Positions 1-7,853 of a DNA stretch of 27,438 bases are shown one piece after another. Numbering within the stretch: the stretch's first letter is position 1; every line of letters starts with the position of its first letter. The DNA is taken from contig PSLL01000021.1 of NCBI GenBank assembly GCA_040289575.1, forward strand, positions 1 through 27,438. Direction: 5' to 3'. The notes under the pieces were generated by a model. That model made no database searches and was not told where the DNA came from. It was given only the letters and a program-made list of their open reading frames with translations. This stretch comes from Candidatus Dadabacteria bacterium (GTDB taxonomy: Bacteria > Desulfobacterota_D > UBA1144 > Nemesobacterales > CSP1-2). The position numbers and the translations under genes were made by a program.

Positions 1-14
1 AAGGATTTTTTAAA

Positions 15-45
15 GAAGTCCCCACCTGTGGTGGGGGAGCTTCAC
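15..45 (+). mobile_element. Putative IS200/IS605-family right end (subterminal hairpin + TCAC); alternatively an intrinsic terminator
   Basis: GAAG-TCCCCACC-TGT-GGTGGGGG-AG-CTTC-AC is a GC-rich hairpin ending in TCAC (42-45), just after a TAA at 11-13. This resembles tnpB-element right ends. A T-run follows, so a terminator is also possible. Confidence 0.5.
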
Positions 46-247
46 TTTTTGTTTTATCTCTTCCTTGCCTTTCCTAATTATCTCTATTCATTTGGGATTA
101 GATAGAATCTCAAGGGTCTCTTTATGTCTCTCTATGTATTCATTTACAATGATCAGAGAGGATGTCTTTCATATCCCGCTTCTCTACCGTTGCGATTATT
201 TTTAGGATATCTCTTAGCTCTTCAGGATTTACAGTGAGGGTGTCCAC
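46..247 (-). pseudogene. Decayed small antitoxin-like gene (RHH-like N-terminus, YefM/RelB-like C-terminus)
   Basis: Manual translation gives VDTLTVNPEELRDILKIIATVEKRDMKDILS, then a frameshift near 150-155, then IIVNEYIERHKETLEILSNPK*IEIIRKGKEEIKQK with an in-frame TGA at 90-88. The ETLEILSxP...IRKGxEEI segment is typical of type II antitoxin C-termini. Confidence 0.5.
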
Positions 248-382
248 TGGAAGTGCTTGAATCAAAATCCTCAATTTCTCTGTTTTGCTTCTTCTTAAGT
301 TGCTTACAGACCATTGGATAAAATAAGATACATTTGCTAAAATAAACTTCTACAAATCAAACAGCAAAGAGGAAAAGCAGAG

Positions 383-1690
383 ATGAGTAAATATCCGAAA
401 GGGCTTGAAGTGGCGATTGATTACAGGTTCTCTGATGCGGTTTTTCAGAGGAGGTCGAGGAGATTCGGGCTAGGGATGGAGATTGAAAGGGGGCCGCTTA
501 AGTACAAATCAAAGCATAAACCAGTCCCGCTTACAGAACTCGAGGAAGCTATATTAGTTTGGACTGGGCTCGGAATAAAAAGCATAAACCTTTCCGATTT
601 TCCACCTCACGTCGGGCTTGACCTTGAGATGCAGTTTACGAGTAAGACCATTCCGGCATTGGGTGACGTCCACAGAACCGAGCTTTTCTATACAAACGAT
701 GAAGGCACTTACATGATAAAGATGCACGATAAAAAGCCCGATGATTTTAGAGGTCTTGAGGGACTGGGCCGTGAGGAGAGGATGGATAGAATTTTAGAAC
801 TATTTAGAGAATCGAAGATAAAGATCGAAGACAGACGAGCCGACCTTCCAAACCGTCCGCCGGGAATTGCCGGACATAACCTCTGGAATGTAAATAAACC
901 GGGGACGACCGTTTTTATGCCAGTTACAGACCTGTCGGCCTGTATAATCAATCTCTACTTTTTCTATATGAGGCCCGATCACAGATTTAACTTTGTGGAC
1001 GAACTTCACGGACTTAGACTTCCCGGAACGGTGGGATGGGTTAAAAAGGGATTCATTGATGAAAAGAAAAAGATGCCTCTTATTGAAGCCGAAATCAGGT
1101 TTGCAAACGGATACATCGCGGAGCAGGCTTTTATGGGTCAGAATATGGTGCTTGCACTTCAAACTCTGGGGCTTGGAGGATGGCTCTTTAGTGGATTTGC
1201 GAGCATGTTTATGCTGGGCGGAACACCTCTAAATAGGGGTCTTGGGTTTAGATTCATAACCCCTAAGATAAAGGGTGAGACGGGGAATCCAAGCCCTGTA
1301 GCGGTTGGTAAAGACGGTCTCTTTGAGGCTTTCTGCCCTCCGTATTACAAGGATATGGGTGAGGCTGTTGAGGCCCTTAATGACATGAAATGGAGTAACT
1401 GGGCATCACACAAGATGCCATATCTAAACCCGGAAGGGGTGATGCGGGAGATTGAAAGACCGAGTAAGGATGAAATCCAGGTTGTAAAGGATATTTGCAA
1501 CTACGTCTACGATACATACGGCAGATTTCCCGCCTTCTCAGATCCAATGTTTCTCAGATTTATGGTTCAGGCTCATCATCTTGATCTAGATTTCTACGAT
1601 GAATTCTATCCGCCGGGGGCATATACCGAGAATCACAAGAATCACTTTAAACTCTGGCATCCTGAAATCCCCGATCCGTTTGAAAAGTAA
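383..1690 (+). CDS. Conserved hypothetical protein, nitroreductase-fold-like (435 aa)
   Basis: N-terminal DAVFQRRSRRF resembles the RRSxRxF FMN-binding motif. QNMVLALQTLGLGGW resembles the QNxxLAAxxLGLG motif of nitroreductases. A purine-rich AGAGG lies upstream. Confidence 0.6.
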   Translation: MSKYPKGLEVAIDYRFSDAVFQRRSRRFGLGMEIERGPLKYKSKHKPVPLTELEEAILVWTGLGIKSINLSDFPPHVGLDLEMQFTSKTIPALGDVHRTELFYTNDEGTYMIKMHDKKPDDFRGLEGLGREERMDRILELFRESKIKIEDRRADLPNRPPGIAGHNLWNVNKPGTTVFMPVTDLSACIINLYFFYMRPDHRFNFVDELHGLRLPGTVGWVKKGFIDEKKKMPLIEAEIRFANGYIAEQAFMGQNMVLALQTLGLGGWLFSGFASMFMLGGTPLNRGLGFRFITPKIKGETGNPSPVAVGKDGLFEAFCPPYYKDMGEAVEALNDMKWSNWASHKMPYLNPEGVMREIERPSKDEIQVVKDICNYVYDTYGRFPAFSDPMFLRFMVQAHHLDLDFYDEFYPPGAYTENHKNHFKLWHPEIPDPFEK

Positions 1691-1702
1691 AAAGATGGAA
1701 TT

Positions 1703-1781
1703 GGCCGTGAATTGACACTGACTAGCACGAATGAAAGAGATGGTATATAAATTAATATTCTATTCGTGAACATTCGTGGCT
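1703..1781. repeat. Imperfect inverted repeat with 10-bp periodic CACGAAT/ATTCGTG units
   Basis: Left arm has units at 1706, 1716 and 1726 (cgtgaat, cactgac, cacgaat). Right arm has ATTCGTG at 1762 and 1772 and ends GGCT. Confidence 0.6.
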
Positions 1782-1790
1782 AAAATAAAA

Positions 1791-2747
1791 ATGAAAAAGG
1801 TTTTTATAACCGCTAATCTTCCCGGAAGGGCTGTGGAAATCCTGAAAAGGGATTTTCATGTCGAGGTGTTTCCCGAAGAGCGTGCTCCCACTAGAGATGA
1901 ACTGATAGAGGGCGCAAAAGATGCCCACGCTCTAATTACAATGCTCTCTGACAGGGTGGATAGAACCCTTATTGATTCGTGCCCTAATTTGAGGGTCGTC
2001 TCAAACTGCGCTGTCGGCACTGAGAACATTGACATCAAATATGCTACAAAGAGAGGGATATTTGTTACAAACACCCCCGGTATTCTTACAGAGACAACGG
2101 CGGATTTGGCATGGGCTTTGGTTCTCTCTATTTCCCGAAGAGTAATAGAAGGGGATTCCTTTATTAGAGGAGGGGGATTTATAGGATGGAGACCGTCGCT
2201 TCTTATGGGGCTGAGTGTATACGGAAAGACTATGGGGATATACGGAATGGGACGAATTGGCGCGGCTGTGGGCAGGAGGGCTAGAGGCTTTGACATGGGT
2301 GTTATATATCACAATAGAAATAGAAACAAAGAGGCCGAAGAGGGAATTAAGGCAAGATATGTGGATTTTTCCACCCTCCTTAGAGAATCGGACTTCCTTG
2401 TGATAACTGCGCCGCTTAATGAGGATACCAGGGGACGTTTTGGCACACAGGAATTTCGACAGATGAAAAGAATATCCGTGATTGTAAATGTTGGGCGCGG
2501 GCAGATTATAAGAGAAAAGGAGCTTGCCCTTGCGCTGAAAGAGGGAATTATCTGGGGGGCGGGGCTCGACGTTTATGAAAGGGAGCCGATTGTGGAAGCG
2601 GAACTGCTGGGATTAAGAAATGTCGTTCTTCTTCCCCACCTTGGGAGTGCATCCCAGGAAACGAGGGAAGAGATGGCGGAGATGGCGGTAGAGAATGTGA
2701 TTATGGCACTGAACGGAAGAATGCCCCGAAATTTGGTTAATCCATAA
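1791..2747 (+). CDS. D-2-hydroxyacid dehydrogenase (glyoxylate reductase / D-glycerate dehydrogenase family)
   Basis: Motifs VTNTPGILTETTADLA, GIYGMGRIG (NAD binding), NVGRG, GLDVYEREP and LLPHLGSA. ATG 1791 (MKKVFIT) is preferred over GTG 1776, which lies inside the repeat. Confidence 0.93.
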   Translation: MKKVFITANLPGRAVEILKRDFHVEVFPEERAPTRDELIEGAKDAHALITMLSDRVDRTLIDSCPNLRVVSNCAVGTENIDIKYATKRGIFVTNTPGILTETTADLAWALVLSISRRVIEGDSFIRGGGFIGWRPSLLMGLSVYGKTMGIYGMGRIGAAVGRRARGFDMGVIYHNRNRNKEAEEGIKARYVDFSTLLRESDFLVITAPLNEDTRGRFGTQEFRQMKRISVIVNVGRGQIIREKELALALKEGIIWGAGLDVYEREPIVEAELLGLRNVVLLPHLGSASQETREEMAEMAVENVIMALNGRMPRNLVNP

Positions 2748-2751
2748 ATCG

Positions 2752-2785
2752 GTCATTGGGAGGAATGAAGCGACGGAGCAATCTC
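2752..2785. repeat. Half copy of a GTCATTGCGAG...GCGACGAAGCAATC-type palindromic repeat element
   Basis: GTCATTGGGAGGAATGAAGCGACGGAGCAATCTC directly after the stop codon closely resembles a widespread intergenic REP/RPE-like repeat. Confidence 0.6.
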
Positions 2786-2848
2786 AAGGGTAGTTGCTTT
2801 CTTTTCCGATACCGATTTGTCTCCCTTTTTGTGATGCCGACTCTTCTT

Positions 2849-2877
2849 TTGGATTTTCTCTACACAGGTAATATAAT
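2849..2877 (+). promoter_or_regulatory. Sigma-70-type promoter with no downstream protein gene on this strand
   Basis: TTGGAT (2849-2854), 17 bp spacer, TATAAT (2872-2877). Confidence 0.5.
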
Positions 2878-3012
2878 ACAAGGGGAACCCCCCCCAATTA
2901 AGTTCCCCTTGTTATTCTAAAGACCGGGTGGCTTAGTCTTAGTCGCACTCCTTTGTCATAGGGGCAGATTTGCATAGTCACCCTATCGAGCGGTTCTTCA
3001 ATCTAACTTAAT
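2878..3012 (+). ncRNA. Candidate structured non-coding RNA, family unassigned
   Basis: Stem ACAAGGGGAAC/GTTCCCCTTGT with a C-rich loop. Nested stems AAGACC/GGTTCTT, GGGTGGCT/AGTCACCC and CTCCT/AGGGG have G-U pairs that favour the + strand. ATTAAGTT (2897-2904) can alternatively pair with AACTTAAT (3005-3012). It lies between convergent genes. Confidence 0.4.
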
Positions 3013-3159
3013 ATCTATTCTAAGTGGATTCAACATTGACACACAGGACTTGATTTTTGAGTGGAAAAAAGTTTTAACCTTCTGAAAAGTAGGACAAAAG
3101 TTATAAGTTATATCCCCAAGGCTTCTTTTTGCCTGCATAGTTTTACTTGTTAGAAGCCT

Positions 3160-3660
3160 TTATACCGATGTAAGGTCAGGAAGGGGGTTCCTGCCACCTG
3201 TGAGTTTCTGCATTGTTTTAAATACATCGGTGTTTTGAAATTCGGAGGGATGAATCGGTTCTACATCTTCATCCTCAAACTGCCTCTCATAGGATATTAT
3301 AAAGGCCTTTGCTTTGGATATTTGTAGCTTTAAAGAGTCTTCGTCGAGTCTGCCAATTATAAGCTCAACGAACTCTCTGCCCCTTTCATCTCCATAGAGC
3401 TTTATCGCTTCTTCCATAATCGTCTGATGAACATCGGGCTCTATTGCCCTTAGCTTCTCTACGTTTTGTTTTGAAGGCTCGTGCTCATAGATTGAAATGA
3501 GTTTTTTGCATAACTCTTTTATGGTTTTCAGGTTCTTGTGTATTAAATCTATCTTCTCAATCAGACCGGACAAGTCCTTATCGTCAATTTCGGAAAGGTC
3601 AAAACCTTTATAATTACCCGGGCTGTCATAGTCAAAGTCGTCAAAATCGTCTATACCCAT
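3160..3660 (-). CDS. Hypothetical protein, acidic and probably helical (166 aa)
   Basis: Long ORF with a GGAGG SD before the ATG and an upstream TTGAAA-16-TAGAAT promoter (3729-3702). No motif recognised. Confidence 0.75.
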   Translation of the reverse strand: MGIDDFDDFDYDSPGNYKGFDLSEIDDKDLSGLIEKIDLIHKNLKTIKELCKKLISIYEHEPSKQNVEKLRAIEPDVHQTIMEEAIKLYGDERGREFVELIIGRLDEDSLKLQISKAKAFIISYERQFEDEDVEPIHPSEFQNTDVFKTMQKLTGGRNPLPDLTSV

Positions 3661-3774
3661 CTACACCGACCTCCGCCCTGAATGGGAGACTTTACTAATT
3701 AATTCTAAGCATCTTTAAAAACTTTTCAACTGTCTCTTTAGCTCAATCTTTGGTATTATGGGGCAAAAATCATA

Positions 3775-3803
3775 TTGACAGTAAATTCCCATTTTGGTAA
3801 TCT
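3775..3803 (+). promoter_or_regulatory. Sigma-70 promoter of the acyP operon
   Basis: TTGACA (3775-3780), 17 bp spacer, TAATCT (3798-3803), with an extended -10 TG. Confidence 0.65.
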
Positions 3804-3818
3804 GACCATTATTGTGAA

Positions 3819-4106
3819 ATGGCAAAGAGGAGAGTACATCTGGTTATTCACGGCAGAGTTCAGGGTGTTTTCTATAGGGCATCGGCTCAGGAGAAGGCAA
3901 CAGAGCTTGAACTTACAGGATGGGTAAGAAATAGGGAGGATAAAACGGTAGAGATCGTTGCAGAGGGCGAGAAAGAGAATCTCAAAGCATTAATTGAGTG
4001 GTGTTATATCGGGCCGCCGGATGCTTGTGTAACTGGTGTGGATGTAGAGTGGGAGCCATATACTGGCGAATTTAGAGACTTCATAATCAAATATGGGAAA
4101 ATATAG
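3819..4106 (+). CDS. acyP: Acylphosphatase
   Basis: IHGRVQGVFYR and GWVRNREDKTVE signatures; 95 aa. Confidence 0.96.
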   Translation: MAKRRVHLVIHGRVQGVFYRASAQEKATELELTGWVRNREDKTVEIVAEGEKENLKALIEWCYIGPPDACVTGVDVEWEPYTGEFRDFIIKYGKI

Positions 4107-4122
4107 CTTGCTGAGGTAAGCG

Positions 4123-4767
4123 ATGCTAATTAGGTGTATACCAGGGGGGTCTTTTCTTACCAATTGCTACATAATTGGAGATGAAGAGATAAAAGAAGGG
4201 ATTTTAATAGATCCCGGAAGCCAGGTTAGAGATGTTGTCGAAGAGATAGATAGATTGGGATTAAGTGTTAGGAAGATTGTAAACACACATGCCCATATAG
4301 ACCATGCAGCAGGTGTGGATTATGCAAAACAGGCCCTCGGAGCCGAGTTTTATCTTCACCCAAAAGAGGAGCCAGTACTTGAGGCTTTGCCAGAGTCTGC
4401 AAGGCGGTTCCCTGAATTCGGCCGGGTTAAGGTTCCAAAGATTGATAAGTACATCCAAGAGGGCGACATAATAGAGATCGGAAAATACAGGGCAAAGGTC
4501 ATTCATACGCCTGGTCATACATATGGCAGTATATGCCTTTTAATTGATAATCACGTCTTTACTGGGGATACGCTTTTTGCGGGAAGTGTAGGAAGGGTAG
4601 ACCTTACGGGTGGAACCTCAATGGGCGAGCTTGTCCGCTCAATAAAGACAAAACTTATGACGCTTCCTCCTTCGTATAAGGTCTATCCCGGTCATGGCCC
4701 ATTTACAACAATCGAGACTGAGAAAGAGACAAATCCGTTTATATCGGGAGGGATGCTGCTTTTTTAA
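4123..4767 (+). CDS. MBL-fold metallo-hydrolase (glyoxalase II-like)
   Basis: THAHIDH (HxHxDH), HTPGHT, FTGDTLF and VYPGHG motifs. Confidence 0.93.
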   Translation: MLIRCIPGGSFLTNCYIIGDEEIKEGILIDPGSQVRDVVEEIDRLGLSVRKIVNTHAHIDHAAGVDYAKQALGAEFYLHPKEEPVLEALPESARRFPEFGRVKVPKIDKYIQEGDIIEIGKYRAKVIHTPGHTYGSICLLIDNHVFTGDTLFAGSVGRVDLTGGTSMGELVRSIKTKLMTLPPSYKVYPGHGPFTTIETEKETNPFISGGMLLF

Positions 4768-4768
4768 C

Positions 4769-5038
4769 ATGAAAAAACTAATCTTAAGAGTTGCATTAGT
4801 ACTGACTTTGACTTCGGTTACTATATATGCATTTGCAAAAGAGTTCTCTGAATTCAATGCGCTCTATAGAGAGAATCAGAGAATAAAGGGTAAAACCGCG
4901 GAGCTTAAAAGCGCTAATGATGATCTCCGCAAGAAAATAGAGGGTCTCAAAAATGACAAGCTCTACATAGAGAAGGTAGCAAGAGAACAGTTAGGGATGA
5001 TTAAGCAAGGTGAAAAGGTCTATAAATTCGAGGAATAA
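4769..5038 (+). CDS. ftsB: Septum formation initiator, FtsB/DivIC family
   Basis: One N-terminal TM helix, a coiled coil, and YIEKVAREQLGMIKQGEKVY. Start placed at ATG 4769, just after the upstream stop. Confidence 0.85.
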   Translation: MKKLILRVALVLTLTSVTIYAFAKEFSEFNALYRENQRIKGKTAELKSANDDLRKKIEGLKNDKLYIEKVAREQLGMIKQGEKVYKFEE

Positions 5039-6866
5039 TCTTAACCTTTTGCTCCGCAATCTCGGTAAAATCTATGTATTTGCCCTGTCTGTCATATTTT
5101 TATTTTTAATTTATAAGGGCACCTTCAGAACATTCAATCTATATTCGGTTCTATTTGTGTTGCTTATTGTGTCTTTTGTAATCTATAGAGCATCAGATAT
5201 AGTGAAAGGCTATTTCAGACGGGAGAATAAAAAAGTCTGGATACAAGGCGCGAAGGAGATAGTCGAACCGATTTCGATTGCAGGTAGTAGAGGAAGAGAG
5301 GGAATAGAGACAGTTCGGTTTAGTCCAAGAGAGAATAAGAGGCTCTGGAGTGAGATAAGAGGCTCAATAGAGGTACTAAATGAGATTGTATCTGCCCATA
5401 CCATAGTGCTTTATATGAAAACAAGCGATGATTTTTTTGAAATTGGGGATTTCATATCGAATAGTGAAAACTGCATAGATAGAGATCAGAAGCTTCGCAT
5501 TCGCTCTGGATACTTGGGATGGGTGATAAAGACGAAAACCCCGATCCTCGTAGGCAATGTGAAGAATCGCAAAGAAAATCTAATCTACTATACAAAAGAT
5601 GTTCCCGTAAAGTCATTTCTTGCTGTTCCCCTTATCTTTGAAGAGGAAGACGGGGCGGTTTTCGGGCATGAACCAATCGGTATACTTTTGATTGATAGTC
5701 TAAGGGAAGATGCATTTGAAGAAAAAGAGAAACAGATTGTCTCTCTCGTTTCAGGTAGGATTGTGTCAATAATTAACAAATACTACCTCTCTCATAAGGT
5801 TCAGCTGAGCTCAAAAGAGCTTACGTCTTTCTATGAGTTTACTAAGAAGATTAGCTCTACGCTGGAGCTTGATGTTATATTTAACCACCTAATGGACACA
5901 TTGGGCAGGGTTCTTGAAGCGGATGCTTTAGCAGTAACACTTTTGGATAGAGAGACAAGTACAAGCGTCTTAAAGAGGGCTGGAAAAGAAAGGCGGGAGG
6001 ATATTGAGGGTAAAATAGTTCCCCATTACGATACACTGATAGGACTGGTCATTGAGACGAGGAAGTATTTCTATTCTGAAGACTTTTCGATACGAGAGAA
6101 GTATAGAAGCGTTTTGGGAAAAGAAATAGATTTTGCATGTGGGATCAAGGATATAAAATCGATTTTCAGAGAACCAAAGACACGGCCGGATGAAGAGGAA
6201 AATATACTCGGTTGCATTTTAATAGGTAGAAAAACAAAGAAGGTTTTTAACGATGGAGAAAGGAGCCTTGCCGAGATAATGAGCCAGGAGGCGGCTAAAG
6301 CCATATCAAACTCTCTTGCCTACCTCAAGATAAAAGAGCTTGCCATAACGGATGGACTCACAGGGCTTTATAACTATAGGTACTTTCATGAAAGGCTCTC
6401 GGAGGCGCTTGCCCGTTCTGACAGGTTTCCGGAAAGTGTGTCACTTGTTCTGGTAGATGTGGATAAATTCAAGCAGCTGAACGACACCCATGGTCATCAG
6501 GCAGGGGATATGGTTCTTAAATCCTTAGCTCGGGCAATTTCTGAAGAATTAAGGCGTATAGACATACTGGCAAGGTATGGAGGGGACGAATTTGCCATTA
6601 TCCTTCCTCATACGAGTGAAAAGGGGGCAAAAAAGGTAGCCGAAAAAATAAGGCAAAAGGTGGAGAACATATCTCTAAGATTCAAAGGACAAGAGATGCG
6701 TGTTACTCTAACTATAGGCATCTCTACATATGTAGAGAACTCATCCTCATCTACAAAAGATTCCATTATTGAAAAGGCAGACCGTGCTCTATACGAAGCA
6801 AAACGCTTGGGAAGAAATAGAGTCATTCACTATGAAGATATTCTTCTTAAAGAGGTCGTAAATTAG
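5010..6866 (+). CDS. Membrane-anchored GAF-GAF-GGDEF diguanylate cyclase
   Basis: Two hydrophobic N-terminal segments and two GAF-like regions (SFLAVPLI...IGILLIDS; ILGCILIG). Then ITDGLTGLYN, DVDKFKQLNDTHGHQAGD and RRIDILARYGGDEF, with an intact active site and RxxD I-site. Confidence 0.9.
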   Translation: MKRSINSRNNLNLLLRNLGKIYVFALSVIFLFLIYKGTFRTFNLYSVLFVLLIVSFVIYRASDIVKGYFRRENKKVWIQGAKEIVEPISIAGSRGREGIETVRFSPRENKRLWSEIRGSIEVLNEIVSAHTIVLYMKTSDDFFEIGDFISNSENCIDRDQKLRIRSGYLGWVIKTKTPILVGNVKNRKENLIYYTKDVPVKSFLAVPLIFEEEDGAVFGHEPIGILLIDSLREDAFEEKEKQIVSLVSGRIVSIINKYYLSHKVQLSSKELTSFYEFTKKISSTLELDVIFNHLMDTLGRVLEADALAVTLLDRETSTSVLKRAGKERREDIEGKIVPHYDTLIGLVIETRKYFYSEDFSIREKYRSVLGKEIDFACGIKDIKSIFREPKTRPDEEENILGCILIGRKTKKVFNDGERSLAEIMSQEAAKAISNSLAYLKIKELAITDGLTGLYNYRYFHERLSEALARSDRFPESVSLVLVDVDKFKQLNDTHGHQAGDMVLKSLARAISEELRRIDILARYGGDEFAIILPHTSEKGAKKVAEKIRQKVENISLRFKGQEMRVTLTIGISTYVENSSSSTKDSIIEKADRALYEAKRLGRNRVIHYEDILLKEVVN

Positions 6867-6993
6867 TTCTTTAAGAGGGCTATCATTGTTGTGATTTGCA
6901 ACAGCGGTGTCGTTAAGCTAATTCTATCAGTTGAAGGTTTGCCTTCTTTGTCCACAGAGTAAATTATAGGAATGTTGTAATCCGTTATTAAAA

Positions 6994-7821
6994 ATGCGAT
7001 CCTCTTTCCCAAAGGAGTTTTTCACATCTCAAAAAATACGTGCCAGAAAAAGCCTTGGTCAGAGTTTTATAAAAGACCATTATGTGCTCGAGCGCATCGG
7101 GGAGATTGCAGGACTCTCAAATGAGGATGAGGTACTGGAGATTGGTGCCGGGCTTGGAGCACTAACGGTCTTTTTAGCGGAAAGGGTAAAGAGGGTAGTA
7201 GCAATTGAGAAGGATAAGAGATTTCTGGAAAGGCTCAGCCAGACCCTTTCTCATCTAAAGAACATAGAAATTATATTCGGGGATGTCCTTCAAATTAAGT
7301 TGAGAGAGTTTTATCAAGAGAATAAAATTAAGCTTGTTTCAAACCTGCCCTACAGCATCTCATCCCCGATTCTTTTGAAGCTTCTTGAAGAAAGAGATAT
7401 ATTCTCGCTTTTGACCATTATGGTTCAGCGTGAGGTAGGACAGAGAATTTGCGCTCCCCCGGGAGGCAGACAGTATGGCTCGCTTTCGGTTCTCATTCAG
7501 ACGTATATGGATGCGACCGTTGAGCTCCATATCTCGCCGGAAGCCTTCTGGCCCCGTCCTGCGGTTCATTCAGTCGTTGTAAAGCTAATACCACTTCAAA
7601 GCCCAAGGGTTTACATCTCGGATGGAGAACTCTACAGAAAAGTCATAAGGGCGGCCTTTTCATCAAGGAGGAAAATGATTGGCAATTCCCTTCTCTCTAT
7701 TTTTCCAAGAGAGTATGTAGAAGAGATTCTAAAGGTATCTGGAGTAGACCGTAAAAGGCGGGCTGAGACTCTATCTGTAGAGGAATTTGGAATGCTTGTT
7801 CAATCGGCCTCTAAAATGTAG
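6994..7821 (+). CDS. rsmA: 16S rRNA adenine dimethyltransferase
   Basis: RKSLGQSF, VLEIGAGLGALT, VSNLPYSIS, MVQREV and RRAETLS motifs. Confidence 0.96.
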   Translation: MRSSFPKEFFTSQKIRARKSLGQSFIKDHYVLERIGEIAGLSNEDEVLEIGAGLGALTVFLAERVKRVVAIEKDKRFLERLSQTLSHLKNIEIIFGDVLQIKLREFYQENKIKLVSNLPYSISSPILLKLLEERDIFSLLTIMVQREVGQRICAPPGGRQYGSLSVLIQTYMDATVELHISPEAFWPRPAVHSVVVKLIPLQSPRVYISDGELYRKVIRAAFSSRRKMIGNSLLSIFPREYVEEILKVSGVDRKRRAETLSVEEFGMLVQSASKM

Positions 7822-7853
7822 ATTAAAATGGAAATTGTTATACCCCTACACTT

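Noticed and set aside
2898..2975. 25-aa minus-strand ORF MQICPYDKGVRLRLSHPVFRITRGT as a type I toxin
   Set aside because: Not hydrophobic, weak SD, and no supporting evidence.
2821..3050. Assignment of the structured region as 6S RNA, SRP RNA, tRNA or a c-di-GMP riboswitch
   Set aside because: No symmetric central bubble, SRP GGAA loop motif or cloverleaf was found, and there is no downstream gene to regulate. Left unassigned pending an Rfam search.
3118..3160. AAGGCTTCT/AGAAGCCTT inverted repeat as a terminator
   Set aside because: It has a 25-nt loop and no U-tract on the minus strand, so it is too weak to call.
4694..4768. N-terminal extension of the ftsB ORF
   Set aside because: It overlaps the MBL hydrolase. 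ATG 4769 gives a typical FtsB length and topology.
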